Shown: positions 20,003 to 29,449, counted from the stretch's first letter. The stretch is DNA of 64,000 nt from Longimicrobiales bacterium (GCA_965238005.1 OZ250165.1:4672001-4736000); one strand, 5' to 3'. Made by a program: numbers and translations. The notes: generated by a model from the letters alone, not told the origin.

Positions 20003-20026
20003 GGGGCACCGCGCGAAGCGTGGTCG
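20003..20026. repeat. REP-like palindrome with GCGAAGC core, copy 1
   Basis: ggggcaccgcgcgaagcgtggtcg; 23/24 match to the reverse complement of 50575-50598. Confidence 0.75.
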
Positions 20027-20285
20027 CGGTGCTTCGATGAGCATCATCGCCTTCATTACAGATCCCGTTCCCGTTCGCTCTATCCTCACCTACCTCGATC
20101 TTCCCAGTCGGCCTCCTCCCGTGACCGCCGCCCGCGCCCCACCCCAGACGGAGCTCGGATCGATCAGACCGGCGGGTTCGACTTGCATGGGCGAACGGTG
20201 AGCGTTTGCCTTGGCCGGTAGCGGCGTCAAAACGGGAGCTTCTTGGGCTGCCTCGACTCGCTTCTTGGCTACCTCGACTCGCTCA

Positions 20286-20349
20286 AGGAGCGTGCGAACT
20301 TGGCCAAGGGCCTTAACTTGGCCAAGGGCCCTTAAAATGCCTATCCCTA
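20286..20349 (+). repeat. 46-bp dispersed direct repeat, copy 1 (contains an internal 18-bp duplication)
   Basis: aggagcgtgcg[aacttggccaagggcc]x2...ttaaaatgcctatcccta; partner at 23401-23446. Confidence 0.85.
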
Positions 20350-20882
20350 CCAGCTGCGCGACCCGAAGCCTCATGTCCACCAGACGCCGGTCGGAGTGCA
20401 TGTTCTCGAAGCGAGCTTCGCACTCCTTCACGACACCCCACATACCAGATGGCCCGGTCACGTCCTGGGGTAGCCCCGACACGTTCGTGACGCCCTCGAC
20501 TATGGTGAGCCTGAGCAATCCCTCGTCGGAAGGCACGTAGAGGTCGAGAAAGGCCGAGAAGTCAGACGCGCCCTCTTCGGCGCCGAGATTCGGAGTGCGG
20601 CGCCGTAGTCGTCCTCGAAGGCGACCGAGGCCGCGGGACTCTGAGGGGAAATGTCGCTGAGGTCCTACCCTCCACCACGACCGTCCTGAGCCCGGCCTTC
20701 GTCAGAGCGGCGGCGGTCTCCTCCAGGGCGGCCCGGTCCTCCTGAGCGAACCAGATCTCGGGCACCCCGTAGGCGGCCTTCATCCGAACCTCGGCCGCAG
20801 TGAGGTGGAAGTGCGGCGCGGCTGCGACTGGATCCACTTCGTTGTGCGGAGGATCTGATACGAGGGGCGGCTGAGGATCCAT
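20350..20882 (-). pseudogene. Degraded hypothetical gene, frameshifted and cut at the IS91-like end
   Basis: Two protein-like frames (MDPQPPLV...LRTVVVEG and FLDLYVPSDEGLLRL...LVDMRLR) ending at the repeat. Confidence 0.45.
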
Positions 20883-21130
20883 GTCTTCAAGCTATGTCGC
20901 CGTTAGGACGCCCGCCACGAAAAAGAGGGCGGCGCTGGTTAAGGTCCGAATTGTTCTTCGCGTCTTCTCTGGGGCTATCGACGGTTGAGTTGACGCACAG
21001 CCAGCATTAACACCAAATCGAATTTCGTCCGTGCGCGGGCGTCGTGGCGCGACAGGAAGCACGCGACCAACTCGGTTGGGGACCTGACCATGAGCTGATC
21101 AATCCGGAAGTGTTCGGCAATTTCCCGCGA

Positions 21131-21793
21131 CTACGTAATCCCTTGGGGCGATGACGTAGGACGACAGCCGCGCACCATTAGCCAGAAGCTCACGCCCATC
21201 AGCAGGTGAGCGATGTCGATGTGGTTGAGCCAGGGCCCGACGGAGAGCCGTGCGGCGTATACAGCACCCGTGATGATGGAGAGAGAGAGGCCACCCGCGA
21301 TCCAACCTGCGCCGGGGTGTCCTCGGCAAAACGCCCTCGCCTCCACACCGATCACTGGCAATAGGCCCACCGCCGCGTTCACGATGAAGAGGAGAACCCG
21401 GGGACCCAGAGCGACGTTTCCAGCCAAGAACAGAAAAAGCTGAGCCTGGATAAGTCGATCGAGGCGGCGCTCCAGGTGCTCGGGCGCATGGGAGACCAGG
21501 GTCGCACGCTGTGCGAAGTACGTAGACATGCCGGTGGCGAGGCTCGAGACCCAGAGGACCAGGGACAGACCCGTCTGCGACAGCTCGTGCTTGAATCCGT
21601 GCTTGAAGACCCCCGCGAACGTCGCGATCGCCATCATCAGGAAGAAACCACTCCAGAGCCTCGAACGCGCCCCGAGCCCTGTCCTGAGGCTGCGGAAGTA
21701 GAGGAAGCACTGCACGGCGAGGACGAGATTCGTGCCCGCCGTGACAGGGGCTCGGATCGCGAATCCAGCGATCTCGATCCACGTCGTCTCCAT
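21131..21793 (-). CDS. Multi-pass membrane protein (DUF6962-like)
   Basis: About 7 hydrophobic segments, GVFKHGF and WLNHIDIAHLLM His motifs. Confidence 0.6.
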   Translation of the reverse strand: METTWIEIAGFAIRAPVTAGTNLVLAVQCFLYFRSLRTGLGARSRLWSGFFLMMAIATFAGVFKHGFKHELSQTGLSLVLWVSSLATGMSTYFAQRATLVSHAPEHLERRLDRLIQAQLFLFLAGNVALGPRVLLFIVNAAVGLLPVIGVEARAFCRGHPGAGWIAGGLSLSIITGAVYAARLSVGPWLNHIDIAHLLMGVSFWLMVRGCRPTSSPQGIT

Positions 21794-22013
21794 GAGTCAT
21801 GCCTCCACGGAGTGCGAGGACGGGCGTGTGAACTTCCAGAAGTGGAACGCCTCGGTGAGGCCGACGACACCGGGACACCAGGCCGATACCCGCAAGGACG
21901 TGGCCCAACTCCTCCGGAGCTCGTTAATCAGCCATCTGGCCTGGGCGGTAAGGAGCGACGGCAAGCCGCGGGCATTGATCCCTATGCGTCGGGGAACCGG
22001 AGAGGTCAGGTCC

Positions 22014-22997
22014 TCACCAGCACTGGAACGGGTGATACTCGACCTCCCGATCCTGCTTGAGCAACTCCTCCGTCGCAGCGAGGTCGGGGCGGTCGGGTGG
22101 CACGCTGTTCTCCGCTCGACCGTCCGGGTAGATCGTGATCGTCGTAGTCTTGGAAAAAATCTTCTTCGCCTTCGCCCGCACCACTTGAAGCCCGCCGTCC
22201 GCGAGAACCGAGCGGTAGTACACGAGGTGCCCTTCGCCGATCACCCTGAACAGCGCGCCCAGCACACCGGACAAGGGGCGGCCGGACGTGCCGTCGATCT
22301 CGTCAAACATCACCACGTCGCCGAAGACCAACAGCCGGTACGTGATCTCTTGACGGTTCGTCACCCGGAGCTTAGGCACTGAGAGCGTATCGATGAAGCT
22401 GAATTTGTCGGTCCCGTCTGGCCGGTCGGGCCACGCGGTACGGACGTTCATCGCGAGGGTCGGGTGAGTGCCCTTCCCTACCGATCTGACGATGCCATCC
22501 GGTCGATACTCGAGCTGCGTGCCTTGATCCAGGTGGAGCGCCCACAACAGATGGTCAGGGGCCTTGCTCGGATCCACCACCCCGGCCAAACGGAGGAACT
22601 CCCAGAAGAGGTAGTCGGGGGAAATGAACAGCACGCCGCCGAACGGATTCCGCTCCATCGCATGCCGAACCAGCTGCAGGTATAGAGCGGACTGGAATCG
22701 CGTCCAGTTCGGCGTCGCGAGCAAGTCATACTCGCCGTAGGACAGTGCGGCCGTGCGCATCTCGGCTGCGAGTTCGGCACGGGGGATCGTATCAACCGGG
22801 CAGGCTGGTGCCTGAGCATGGGCACTTGGGCTCACCAAAAGCAGCGATAAAAGGAGCGAAACAACAGCGGTGAGAGCCGATCTGGAACGCTTCGGCATGG
22901 CCGAGAAGGCGATCTTGGAGCAGTCGGGCGTGGTAACGACATTCCGTGCGGCGACCATCGTATCTCGCTTCATGGAAGCTCCTCCCCTCAACAACAA
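22014..22997 (-). CDS. Hypothetical secreted protein
   Basis: Long ORF with signal peptide ending SPSAHA-Q; start uncertain; no recognised motif. Confidence 0.65.
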   Translation of the reverse strand: MLLRGGASMKRDTMVAARNVVTTPDCSKIAFSAMPKRSRSALTAVVSLLLSLLLVSPSAHAQAPACPVDTIPRAELAAEMRTAALSYGEYDLLATPNWTRFQSALYLQLVRHAMERNPFGGVLFISPDYLFWEFLRLAGVVDPSKAPDHLLWALHLDQGTQLEYRPDGIVRSVGKGTHPTLAMNVRTAWPDRPDGTDKFSFIDTLSVPKLRVTNRQEITYRLLVFGDVVMFDEIDGTSGRPLSGVLGALFRVIGEGHLVYYRSVLADGGLQVVRAKAKKIFSKTTTITIYPDGRAENSVPPDRPDLAATEELLKQDREVEYHPFQCW

Positions 22998-23026
22998 GTT
23001 ATCGCCGAGCGGGAAAAACCCTAATA

Positions 23027-23067
23027 CGTCAGATTACGTAGCGATAGCCCGTCAGATTACGTAGCGA
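23027..23067. repeat. 18-bp perfect direct repeat, period 23
   Basis: cgtcagattacgtagcga at 23027-23044 and 23050-23067. Confidence 0.85.
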
Positions 23068-23400
23068 CTTGCCGAATGGAAGGAACGGGGAGCGCCCTTG
23101 CGACCAGCGTTCGGGACCGAGCCCTCAGACAGGAGCTCACGCAATCGCTCGAGCTGCTTCGCTCGATCTCGCACCGCCCGCCTGATGAGTTCAGACGGTA
23201 GATTGTGGGGACCACCGGCGGCGTCAAGCGATTCATGCCGGGGAAGAGGAGCTCAGCTACCCTGAATCGGACCCGTTCTACAGCCGATGGAACACCTTGA
23301 ACGTGTGGGAACGTCACGACTACATCCTTGGAATGGCGCTGGTCCTGTCGAACGCGATCGGACCGCGACCGTAGAGCCAGGTCGACAGGGGCGAGTATCT

Positions 23401-23446
23401 AGGAGCGTGCGAACTTGGCCAAGGGCCTTTAAAATGCCTATCCCTA
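23401..23446 (+). repeat. 46-bp dispersed direct repeat, copy 2 (putative solo IS91-like end)
   Basis: aggagcgtgcgaacttggccaagggcctttaaaatgcctatcccta. Confidence 0.85.
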
Positions 23447-23542
23447 GGTGACTTGTGTGTCTACTCTTCGCCGACGGGCGTCGAGAGTCCGCATCACCCT
23501 CGTTGGCGTGCCTCCGGCTACCTTTCCATAGGCGCCTCCTGG

Positions 23543-25030
23543 TCATCGGTTCTCGAAGAGAATCAGGAGATCGTCCACCTCGTCGATGCCGCTGACGTCC
23601 AGATCTCCGTCGTTGTCACGGTCGTGGAGGATCGCGCACGAGGCCGCGGTCGGAGCCGTGAGCGAGGTCGGAAGGCGGGACAAGAAACCATCCCCTAGGT
23701 TGGCGTGGACCTCGAAGTGTCCCGACCGGAAGTGGGACGAGACGGCGTCGAGGTCGCCGTCTCCGTCCAGGTCACCCAGGTCTATCGCGAGGGGAAACGC
23801 GCCCAGAAAATGGTTCTGGTCCAGCGTCAAGCCGGCCTCTCCATCTCCGAGGTAGACCGCCAGGGTCCCCTCGGATGCGTTCACGGCGGCGAAGTCCACG
23901 TGGCCGTCCCCATTGAGGTCGCCGTCCGCCAGCATCCAGGGGTCTCCACCGGCCGGTATCCGGTCCCTTTCGGTGAAGGTCCCGTCCCCGTTGGACACGA
24001 AGGCCGCGATGTCGAGGCTCAACCGTGACCCGATCACGAGGTCCATGAGACCGTCCTCATTGAGGTCTCCCGTGGCGCAGGACCACTCCCCGTCCCCTGC
24101 CTCGAAGGTGCCCCGCGAGCCGAAGATCCCGGATCCGTCGTTCTCGAACAGAGCTACGTGGCTCCCATCGTGCGTAGCGGCCGCGATGTCCGGGTCTCCG
24201 TCGTTCTCGAAGTCGAGAAGGCAGACTCCACGAACCTTGGCTCCAGCCTCCAGATTCTGCCGGTGCACGAGGCCGCCGGCCCCGTCGCCGTGGAAGATGG
24301 CCACATGGCTACCCTGAGCGCTCCCCACGGCAAAGTCGATGTCACCGTCCCCGTCGAAGTCGGCCCCTTCGTTCGTGCTCGGCTCGTTGGCCTCGGGGAT
24401 CGGCACTACCGTGAAGGGGCCATACCCCCCGGTCCCGTCGTTCATGAAGACCCGTAGGTCGCCGGACTCCTCGTTGGGCAGGATCAGGTCGGACCAGCCG
24501 TCGCCGTCTAGGTCCCCCGCGTACGCGCCATAGGTCTGGATGCGCTCTTCACCGGGGCGTCGCACGTCGAGCGTGCTCACGTGATCGAGGGTCATCGAGG
24601 TGGGTGTGACCGCTACCCAGAACGTCCAGGTGTGCCCCCGTTCCAGCTCGGCACCGTCCAAGGCGCGCACGGACCCCGTCGGAATGGTCGCCGTCACCCA
24701 CTCCCCTGCCGAGAGGGACCTCGAGGGGGAGAACCGAAGCGCGCGATCCTCGTCCGCCAGGGTCACAGAGCCCGCCAATACGCCGGACCACCGGCCGAAC
24801 ACCCGGACGTCGTCAGGCGACACGGTGGCCGCATCGAGTGGTCGGTCGAACTCCACGACCAAGTCATCGGAAGCGCCTACGGAAATAGTGTTGGGCGTCG
24901 GAGTGACAGACCGAATCTGGAGGGGGGTGCCGGGACCGATTCCGTCGTCGGAGCTCGAGCACGCCAGCACCAAGGGAGCCGAGGCAGTCAAACCGAGCAC
25001 CGTGGCCCTCACGAACGGAAATCGTGACAC
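23543..25030 (-). CDS. Lipoprotein with Ig-like domain and FG-GAP/VCBS repeats
   Basis: Lipobox LVLAC; VTPTPN...VEFDRPLD Ig-like domain; repeated GDLDGDG/DFDGDGDID motifs. Confidence 0.85.
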   Translation of the reverse strand: MSRFPFVRATVLGLTASAPLVLACSSSDDGIGPGTPLQIRSVTPTPNTISVGASDDLVVEFDRPLDAATVSPDDVRVFGRWSGVLAGSVTLADEDRALRFSPSRSLSAGEWVTATIPTGSVRALDGAELERGHTWTFWVAVTPTSMTLDHVSTLDVRRPGEERIQTYGAYAGDLDGDGWSDLILPNEESGDLRVFMNDGTGGYGPFTVVPIPEANEPSTNEGADFDGDGDIDFAVGSAQGSHVAIFHGDGAGGLVHRQNLEAGAKVRGVCLLDFENDGDPDIAAATHDGSHVALFENDGSGIFGSRGTFEAGDGEWSCATGDLNEDGLMDLVIGSRLSLDIAAFVSNGDGTFTERDRIPAGGDPWMLADGDLNGDGHVDFAAVNASEGTLAVYLGDGEAGLTLDQNHFLGAFPLAIDLGDLDGDGDLDAVSSHFRSGHFEVHANLGDGFLSRLPTSLTAPTAASCAILHDRDNDGDLDVSGIDEVDDLLILFENR

Positions 25031-25060
25031 TCCGATGGCTCCCCGTGCAGCGTGGACTGA

Positions 25061-25324
25061 TCAATTGACCTCGAGGATGGTCGCCACGAGGACGAGACCC
25101 CATCCGGCGAAGGACAGCCCGACGAGTACCGGTGCGATCCCCGACCCCGCGACGTTCCACACCTCGCCGGTCATGGGACGCCACTGCCAGAAGAGGAGCG
25201 CCAGCAACAGCGCCACGTTGATGAGGAGAGCCTGACCCAACGATACGGCCCATGGGCGCCCTCCGAGTGCTAGGCCAACCCCGGTCCGGACCGTCGCCGG
25301 AGCAGCGGTCGACTCACTCGACAC
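25061..25324 (-). pseudogene. Methanethiol S-methyltransferase (MddA-like, ICMT family) relic
   Basis: ALLINVALL fused to LALLFWQWRPM...VWNV...GWGLVLVATIL; intervening QHSVMAR/ERSTY block and C-terminal half absent. Confidence 0.6.
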
Positions 25325-25526
25325 CCGCCCCCTTCCGCCTCACGGCAAAGCTGCCTCACCCGGGTAGGTAGGGCAAGCTTCACACGCTGCGGCTGCTCGT
25401 CACGAGGGGCGAGACGGCAGCAACCCGCCGGCCGATTTCCGTTATCTTCCCTGTTTCCGGCGTCCCGCGGCCACATCGAACGAGCTCCTTTCCCCTGCGG
25501 ACCCACTCACACATCGACGCCCACCC

Positions 25527-26852
25527 TTGAGACGCTCCAGCTCCTCCATCTTCCTCTTCTGGGTGCCCCTGGCGGCCACGTGGCTCATGATGGCTTCGGA
25601 GGGGCCGTTCGTAGCCGCGGTGATCGCCCGTCTGGCCGATCCCAAGTTCAACCTGGCGGCCTACGGCCTGGCCTTCGCGTTCGCAATCCTCATCGAGGCG
25701 CCGGTCATCATGCTCATGAGCGCGTCGACGGCCCTCGCGGAGGATTCGGAGACGTATCGCAAGCTCAGGAACTTCACACACGGGCTGAGCGTGCTGTCCA
25801 CCGGCCTCCTTCTGCTCGTGTTGGTTCCGCCGGTCTACGGCTGGTTGATGAGCACCGTTATCGGTCTGCCGGACGAAGTGGCCGATCTGACCTACGGAGC
25901 CCTGTGGATCTTCCTGCCGTGGGCGGGAGCCATCGGGTATCGACGGTTCGTGCAGGGCCTACTGATCCGTTCGGGGCGCACGCGCCTCGTGGCCCTGGGA
26001 ACCGTGGTGCGGATCTCGACCATGGCGGCCACCGCCCTCACGCTGTACTGGAGCTTCTCGCTTCCGGGCGCGTGGGTCGGAGCAGCCGCGTTGACCGCGG
26101 GTGTCTGCGTGGAGGCCGTGGCCGCACGGCTCATGGCCGTCACCGCCATCCGTGAGCTCCTCGCCCACGACACTGCGAACCCCGAGGCGGGCGAGGTACT
26201 GGGCTACCGGGGCATCGCCCGGTTCTACTACCCACTGGCCCTGACCTCGGTCATCGGACTCACGGTGCAGCCGCTGCTCACCTTCTTCATGGGTCGCGCC
26301 CTGTCACCCCTCGAATCACTGGCCGTCTTCCCGGTCGTGCATGCCCTCTCGTTTCTCTTCCGATCCTTGGGGCTGAGCTTCCAGGAGGCCGCCCTGGCTC
26401 TCATGGGAAAGCGGCACGAGCACTTCCCCGAGCTGGCGCGGTTTGCCCTCTGGCTCGCGCTCGCGACGTCTGCCGCCCTCGGCCTGGTGACCTTCACGCC
26501 CCTCGCCTCCGTGTGGTTCGCGACCATCTCAGGTCTGACCCCCGAGTTGACCGCCTTCGCCCTCGGCCCGGCCCGTATCCTGGTGCCCCTTCCCGCACTG
26601 TCGGTTCTGCTCTCGCTCCAGAGAGCGGTTCTCATACAGGAACGCAGGACCCATCCCATCACGGTGGCCACGTCCATCGAGGTCATGGGGGTAGCCATCC
26701 TCTTCGTGACCTTCGGGTGGGGACTGGACTTCGTGGGCGTCACGGCGGCCATCATCGCCTTCCTGGGAGGCCGGCTGGCCGGAGTGCTCTATCTGATGCG
26801 GAGCTGCCTGGATGTGCTGCGGGGAGCCAGCGTCGACCCTGCCGAGGCGTAG
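25527..26852 (+). CDS. MATE/ANKH-like (MOP superfamily) membrane transporter
   Basis: Two-fold repeat FWVPLAATWLMM / FYYPLALTSVI, about 12 TM segments; start uncertain. Confidence 0.7.
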   Translation: MRRSSSSIFLFWVPLAATWLMMASEGPFVAAVIARLADPKFNLAAYGLAFAFAILIEAPVIMLMSASTALAEDSETYRKLRNFTHGLSVLSTGLLLLVLVPPVYGWLMSTVIGLPDEVADLTYGALWIFLPWAGAIGYRRFVQGLLIRSGRTRLVALGTVVRISTMAATALTLYWSFSLPGAWVGAAALTAGVCVEAVAARLMAVTAIRELLAHDTANPEAGEVLGYRGIARFYYPLALTSVIGLTVQPLLTFFMGRALSPLESLAVFPVVHALSFLFRSLGLSFQEAALALMGKRHEHFPELARFALWLALATSAALGLVTFTPLASVWFATISGLTPELTAFALGPARILVPLPALSVLLSLQRAVLIQERRTHPITVATSIEVMGVAILFVTFGWGLDFVGVTAAIIAFLGGRLAGVLYLMRSCLDVLRGASVDPAEA

Positions 26853-26928
26853 GCCCTCGGTCACGTCGAGGGGATCTGTCTCGCCCTGGCGGTCACTTCC
26901 GCAGCGGACGCGGCAGGGCTTCCTCGAC

Positions 26929-26968
26929 TGAGCGGTACCCCTGATGGGTGAGCGGTACCCCTGATGGG
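26929..26968. repeat. 20-bp perfect tandem repeat x2
   Basis: tgagcggtacccctgatggg twice. Confidence 0.9.
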
Positions 26969-27031
26969 TAACAGTTACACACCCGGTTGCCCCGGTCCCG
27001 AGACGGCGGCATCGTAGCTGTCGGGGTCCGC

Positions 27032-27095
27032 GCCCCCGATCAGGATCGGATTCGCCCCGTTCAGGATGGGATTTGCCCCGATCAGGATGGGACCC
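27032..27095. repeat. 21-bp imperfect tandem repeat x3
   Basis: Units like gccccgatcaggatgggatt; minus strand reads GPILIGA/NPILNGA/NPILIGG. Confidence 0.75.
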
Positions 27096-27163
27096 GCCGT
27101 CAGGAGTAGACGCGACGGCAGGAGTCGACCGGGCACCAGAACCGTGATTAATCGAGCGAGTGG

Positions 27164-27844
27164 ATGAAGCAGACCGGACGCCTGGGCTTTCGCATCGTGA
27201 TGGACCTCCCCCGACCGGGCCCCGAGCTGGTGGCGCGCTTTCGAGGAGTTCCGAGCTCCAATGCCGCCGACGTCATGGGACGCTTCCACTTCATGGATTC
27301 GGGAATCACGAGCCGGTCGGGCATGCCGGCGTGCGGCGTCGCCATCACTGTGAGCTGCCGGCCGGGGGACAACCTCATGGTGCACAAGGCCCTCGAGGTC
27401 GCCGAGCCCGGTGACGTGGTCGTGGTCACGACCAACGGCAACACCACGAGCGCCGTCTTCGGCGAGCTCATGTGCAGCTCCGCCGTGGCAGCCCGTCTCG
27501 GCGGCATCGTTGTGGACGGGGCCATCCGTGACGTCTCCCAGATCGCCGCCCTGTCGTTCCCGGCGTTCAGCCGGTGCGTGAGCCCAGGAGGATGCGACAA
27601 AGACGGCCCCGGGGAGATCAACGTCCCCATCGCCTGCGGGGGCACCGCCGTGATGCCCGGGGACATCGTCTTGGGCGATGAGGACGGAGTGGTCGTGGTG
27701 CCCCGGGACGCCGCGGGACAGGTTGCGGAGCTCGTCGACGCGCTGCAGGCCAGAGAGGCCGCGCGTATCGAGGCGATTCAGGGGGGCGAGATCTTCAAGG
27801 CCCAGATCGACGAGAGCCTCCGAGAAAAAGGGATCATTGAGTGA
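27164..27844 (+). CDS. RraA/HMG-aldolase family protein
   Basis: PGDNLMVHKAL, AVFGELM, VDGAIRD, PGDIVLGDEDGVVVVP. Confidence 0.9.
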   Translation: MKQTGRLGFRIVMDLPRPGPELVARFRGVPSSNAADVMGRFHFMDSGITSRSGMPACGVAITVSCRPGDNLMVHKALEVAEPGDVVVVTTNGNTTSAVFGELMCSSAVAARLGGIVVDGAIRDVSQIAALSFPAFSRCVSPGGCDKDGPGEINVPIACGGTAVMPGDIVLGDEDGVVVVPRDAAGQVAELVDALQAREAARIEAIQGGEIFKAQIDESLREKGIIE

Positions 27845-27918
27845 CGTCCCCTTCGCCGCTGCTCCTCATGACGCCGGGGCCCACTCGGGTGCCGGACCGT
27901 GTGTTGGCGGCCGGCGCA
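27841..27918 (+). pseudogene. N-terminal stub of a class V PLP aminotransferase
   Basis: GTG overlapping the RraA stop, LLLMTPGPTRVPDRVLAAG, then unrelated sequence. Confidence 0.65.
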
Positions 27919-28310
27919 CACGTGAGCCCCCGCTTGAGAATCACCCTAAGGACGGTCTCCCGCTGGGCACCCAGGGCCATGCGGATACCGATCTCGTGGG
28001 TACGCTGGCTCACGCCGAAGGCGATGACCCCGGCGAGGCTGACCAGGAACGCGACACCCGCAAAGATCGACAGGAGGACCACCGGCGTGAAGCGACTGGC
28101 GAACGCGATGAGCAGGTCGGTTCCCATCCAGGCGATCAAGAGGCCCAAGACGCCGCCGGCTATCGCCAGGAGGGTGTGCTCCGCGATCAGCTGCTGAACG
28201 AGCCTGCCACGCCGCGCGCCCAGAGCTGTGCGTACCGCGAGCTCCTGCGTCCGCTTCGTCATAGGCTCTCTAGAATGCGCTCAGCAGCTCGCGGGGGCCT
28301 TACGCCACCG
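27919..28310 (-). pseudogene. ADOP/MacB-type ABC permease relic with multiple deletions
   Basis: PPRAAERIL prefix; RTQELAVRTALGARRGRLVQQL (first FtsX) joined to VSQRTHEIGIRMALGA (second FtsX); directly downstream of PadR. Confidence 0.8.
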
Positions 28311-28313
28311 GGA

Positions 28314-28649
28314 TCACAGCCCGCCATCGAGCTCCGCCTCCAGCCCCCGCCAGAGCCCAATGAGTGCTTGCCGCGATTCCCGAAGCGCAGCCAACCCCTT
28401 AGGCGTGACGCTCACATAGCGACGACGGCGTCCTCCTCGCGTGTCGGAGGGATCACCGTAGTGCGACGCGATGAGGCCCTTTGTCTCGAGTCTGTCGAAG
28501 GTGACGTAGAGGGCGCCTCGAGATACCTCGCGGCCCGATCGCTCCTGGATCTCCCGAGTGAGCCTCACGCCGTAGGCCTCATCGCCCAAATGGAGGGAGG
28601 CCAGGAGGACCATCTGCTCGAATTCACCCAGATATCGCTTCACTGACAC
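28314..28649 (-). CDS. PadR family transcriptional regulator (ADOP-associated type)
   Basis: LGEFEQMVLL, AYGV, GALYVTFDRLETKG, RGGRRRRY. Confidence 0.92.
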   Translation of the reverse strand: MSVKRYLGEFEQMVLLASLHLGDEAYGVRLTREIQERSGREVSRGALYVTFDRLETKGLIASHYGDPSDTRGGRRRRYVSVTPKGLAALRESRQALIGLWRGLEAELDGGL

Positions 28650-28692
28650 GAGTTCCTACCCGGCCAGGGTTGCCGACTTTATAAGCTTGCCA

Positions 28693-28707
28693 GCTTGCAA
28701 TGTAAGC
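28693..28707. promoter_or_regulatory. Candidate PadR operator
   Basis: Quasi-palindrome gcttgcaatgtaagc (one mismatch) about 45 bp upstream of padR in an AT-rich stretch. Confidence 0.35.
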
Positions 28708-28871
28708 AACCCGGCGAAACACGCAAGCACAGCCTCCATTTCACCCGGCGTGGCGGCCCTTCGAGCCGCTGTGTCGGACCCATACCACGTGCCAAGACGC
28801 CTTCCTCCACCCCCGAACACGCCCCCAGGGCGGGTGTACGTGAAAGCGGGTAGATCTTATGTTATATTTAC

Positions 28872-28928
28872 GATCCCGTCGATCAATCGAGATCCGGTCG
28901 GTCAACCGAGATCCCGTCGATCAACCGA
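28872..28928. repeat. 19-bp tandem repeat x3 (iteron/operator-like)
   Basis: gatcccgtcgatcaatcga / gatccggtcggtcaaccga / gatcccgtcgatcaaccga, flanked by AT-rich tracts. Confidence 0.9.
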
Positions 28929-29044
28929 GCGTCGGTGTTATGTTTAAGGTTGCACGTGCCGACACTATAGGGGTTTACGGATGGCCCGCGCGCGTTCTTT
29001 GGGCCGCCTTGATCACAGACGTTCAATCTCGGATGGACCCGACC

Positions 29045-29449
29045 ATGGCTAAGCCCGCCCTACCTTTGATCGTCAAGTGGAGAGACTTAGCCGAAGAAGG
29101 CTACTTCTACACAGATATCGCCAAAGCTCACCCCGAGTATACCGCCAGTCAGATCCGGCACTATTGCCTCGGGCACTCCGGCGCGAAGGCTCCTGGCCCG
29201 CTCCAGCGTCGCCGTCGCTGGCCCGACAACCCGTGGCTGCAAGGTGAGAAATCTCCTCATGCCCTTCTCAAGGAGGAAGACGTGAAGAGCGTGCTGGAAG
29301 ACTGGGACGAGAAGAAGGGATACTGGGGACACGCAGCTGGCCACTGGGCCAAGCTCCTGGACGTCTCCCCCAGCACGATCCTGGCTGTCCGCCGCGGCGA
29401 TACGTGGAAGCACCTCAAGCACCCGAACGCCGGACGGAAGAAGAACTAG
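29045..29449 (+). CDS. Small basic protein with two HTH-like modules, resembling the C-terminal DNA-binding tail of phage HNH endonucleases
   Basis: GEKSPHALLKEEDV...WAKLLDVSPSTILAVRRGDTWKH; no HNH motif; ATG 29045 or 29033. Confidence 0.6.
   Translation: MAKPALPLIVKWRDLAEEGYFYTDIAKAHPEYTASQIRHYCLGHSGAKAPGPLQRRRRWPDNPWLQGEKSPHALLKEEDVKSVLEDWDEKKGYWGHAAGHWAKLLDVSPSTILAVRRGDTWKHLKHPNAGRKKN

Larger units (their letters stand above)
19800..20349 (+). mobile_element. IS91-family (rolling-circle) transposase C-terminal remnant with putative oriIS end
   Basis: WASLIARIYHVLPLVCP...MSIIAFITDPVPVRSILTYLDLPSRPPPVTAARAPP; downstream ttaaaatgcctatccct motif; left boundary approximate. Confidence 0.65.

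Noticed and set aside
26975..27150. RiPP precursor from the NPILIGA-type heptad repeat
   Set aside because: No clear start or leader and no modifying enzymes nearby; kept only as a repeat
28872..28928. CRISPR array
   Set aside because: Units are directly adjacent with no unique spacers, and there are no cas genes in the window; the same applies to the other tandem repeats
28961..28970. GACACTATAG, matching the 3' part of the SP6 promoter
   Set aside because: Only 10 nt match and the upstream specificity region differs; chance
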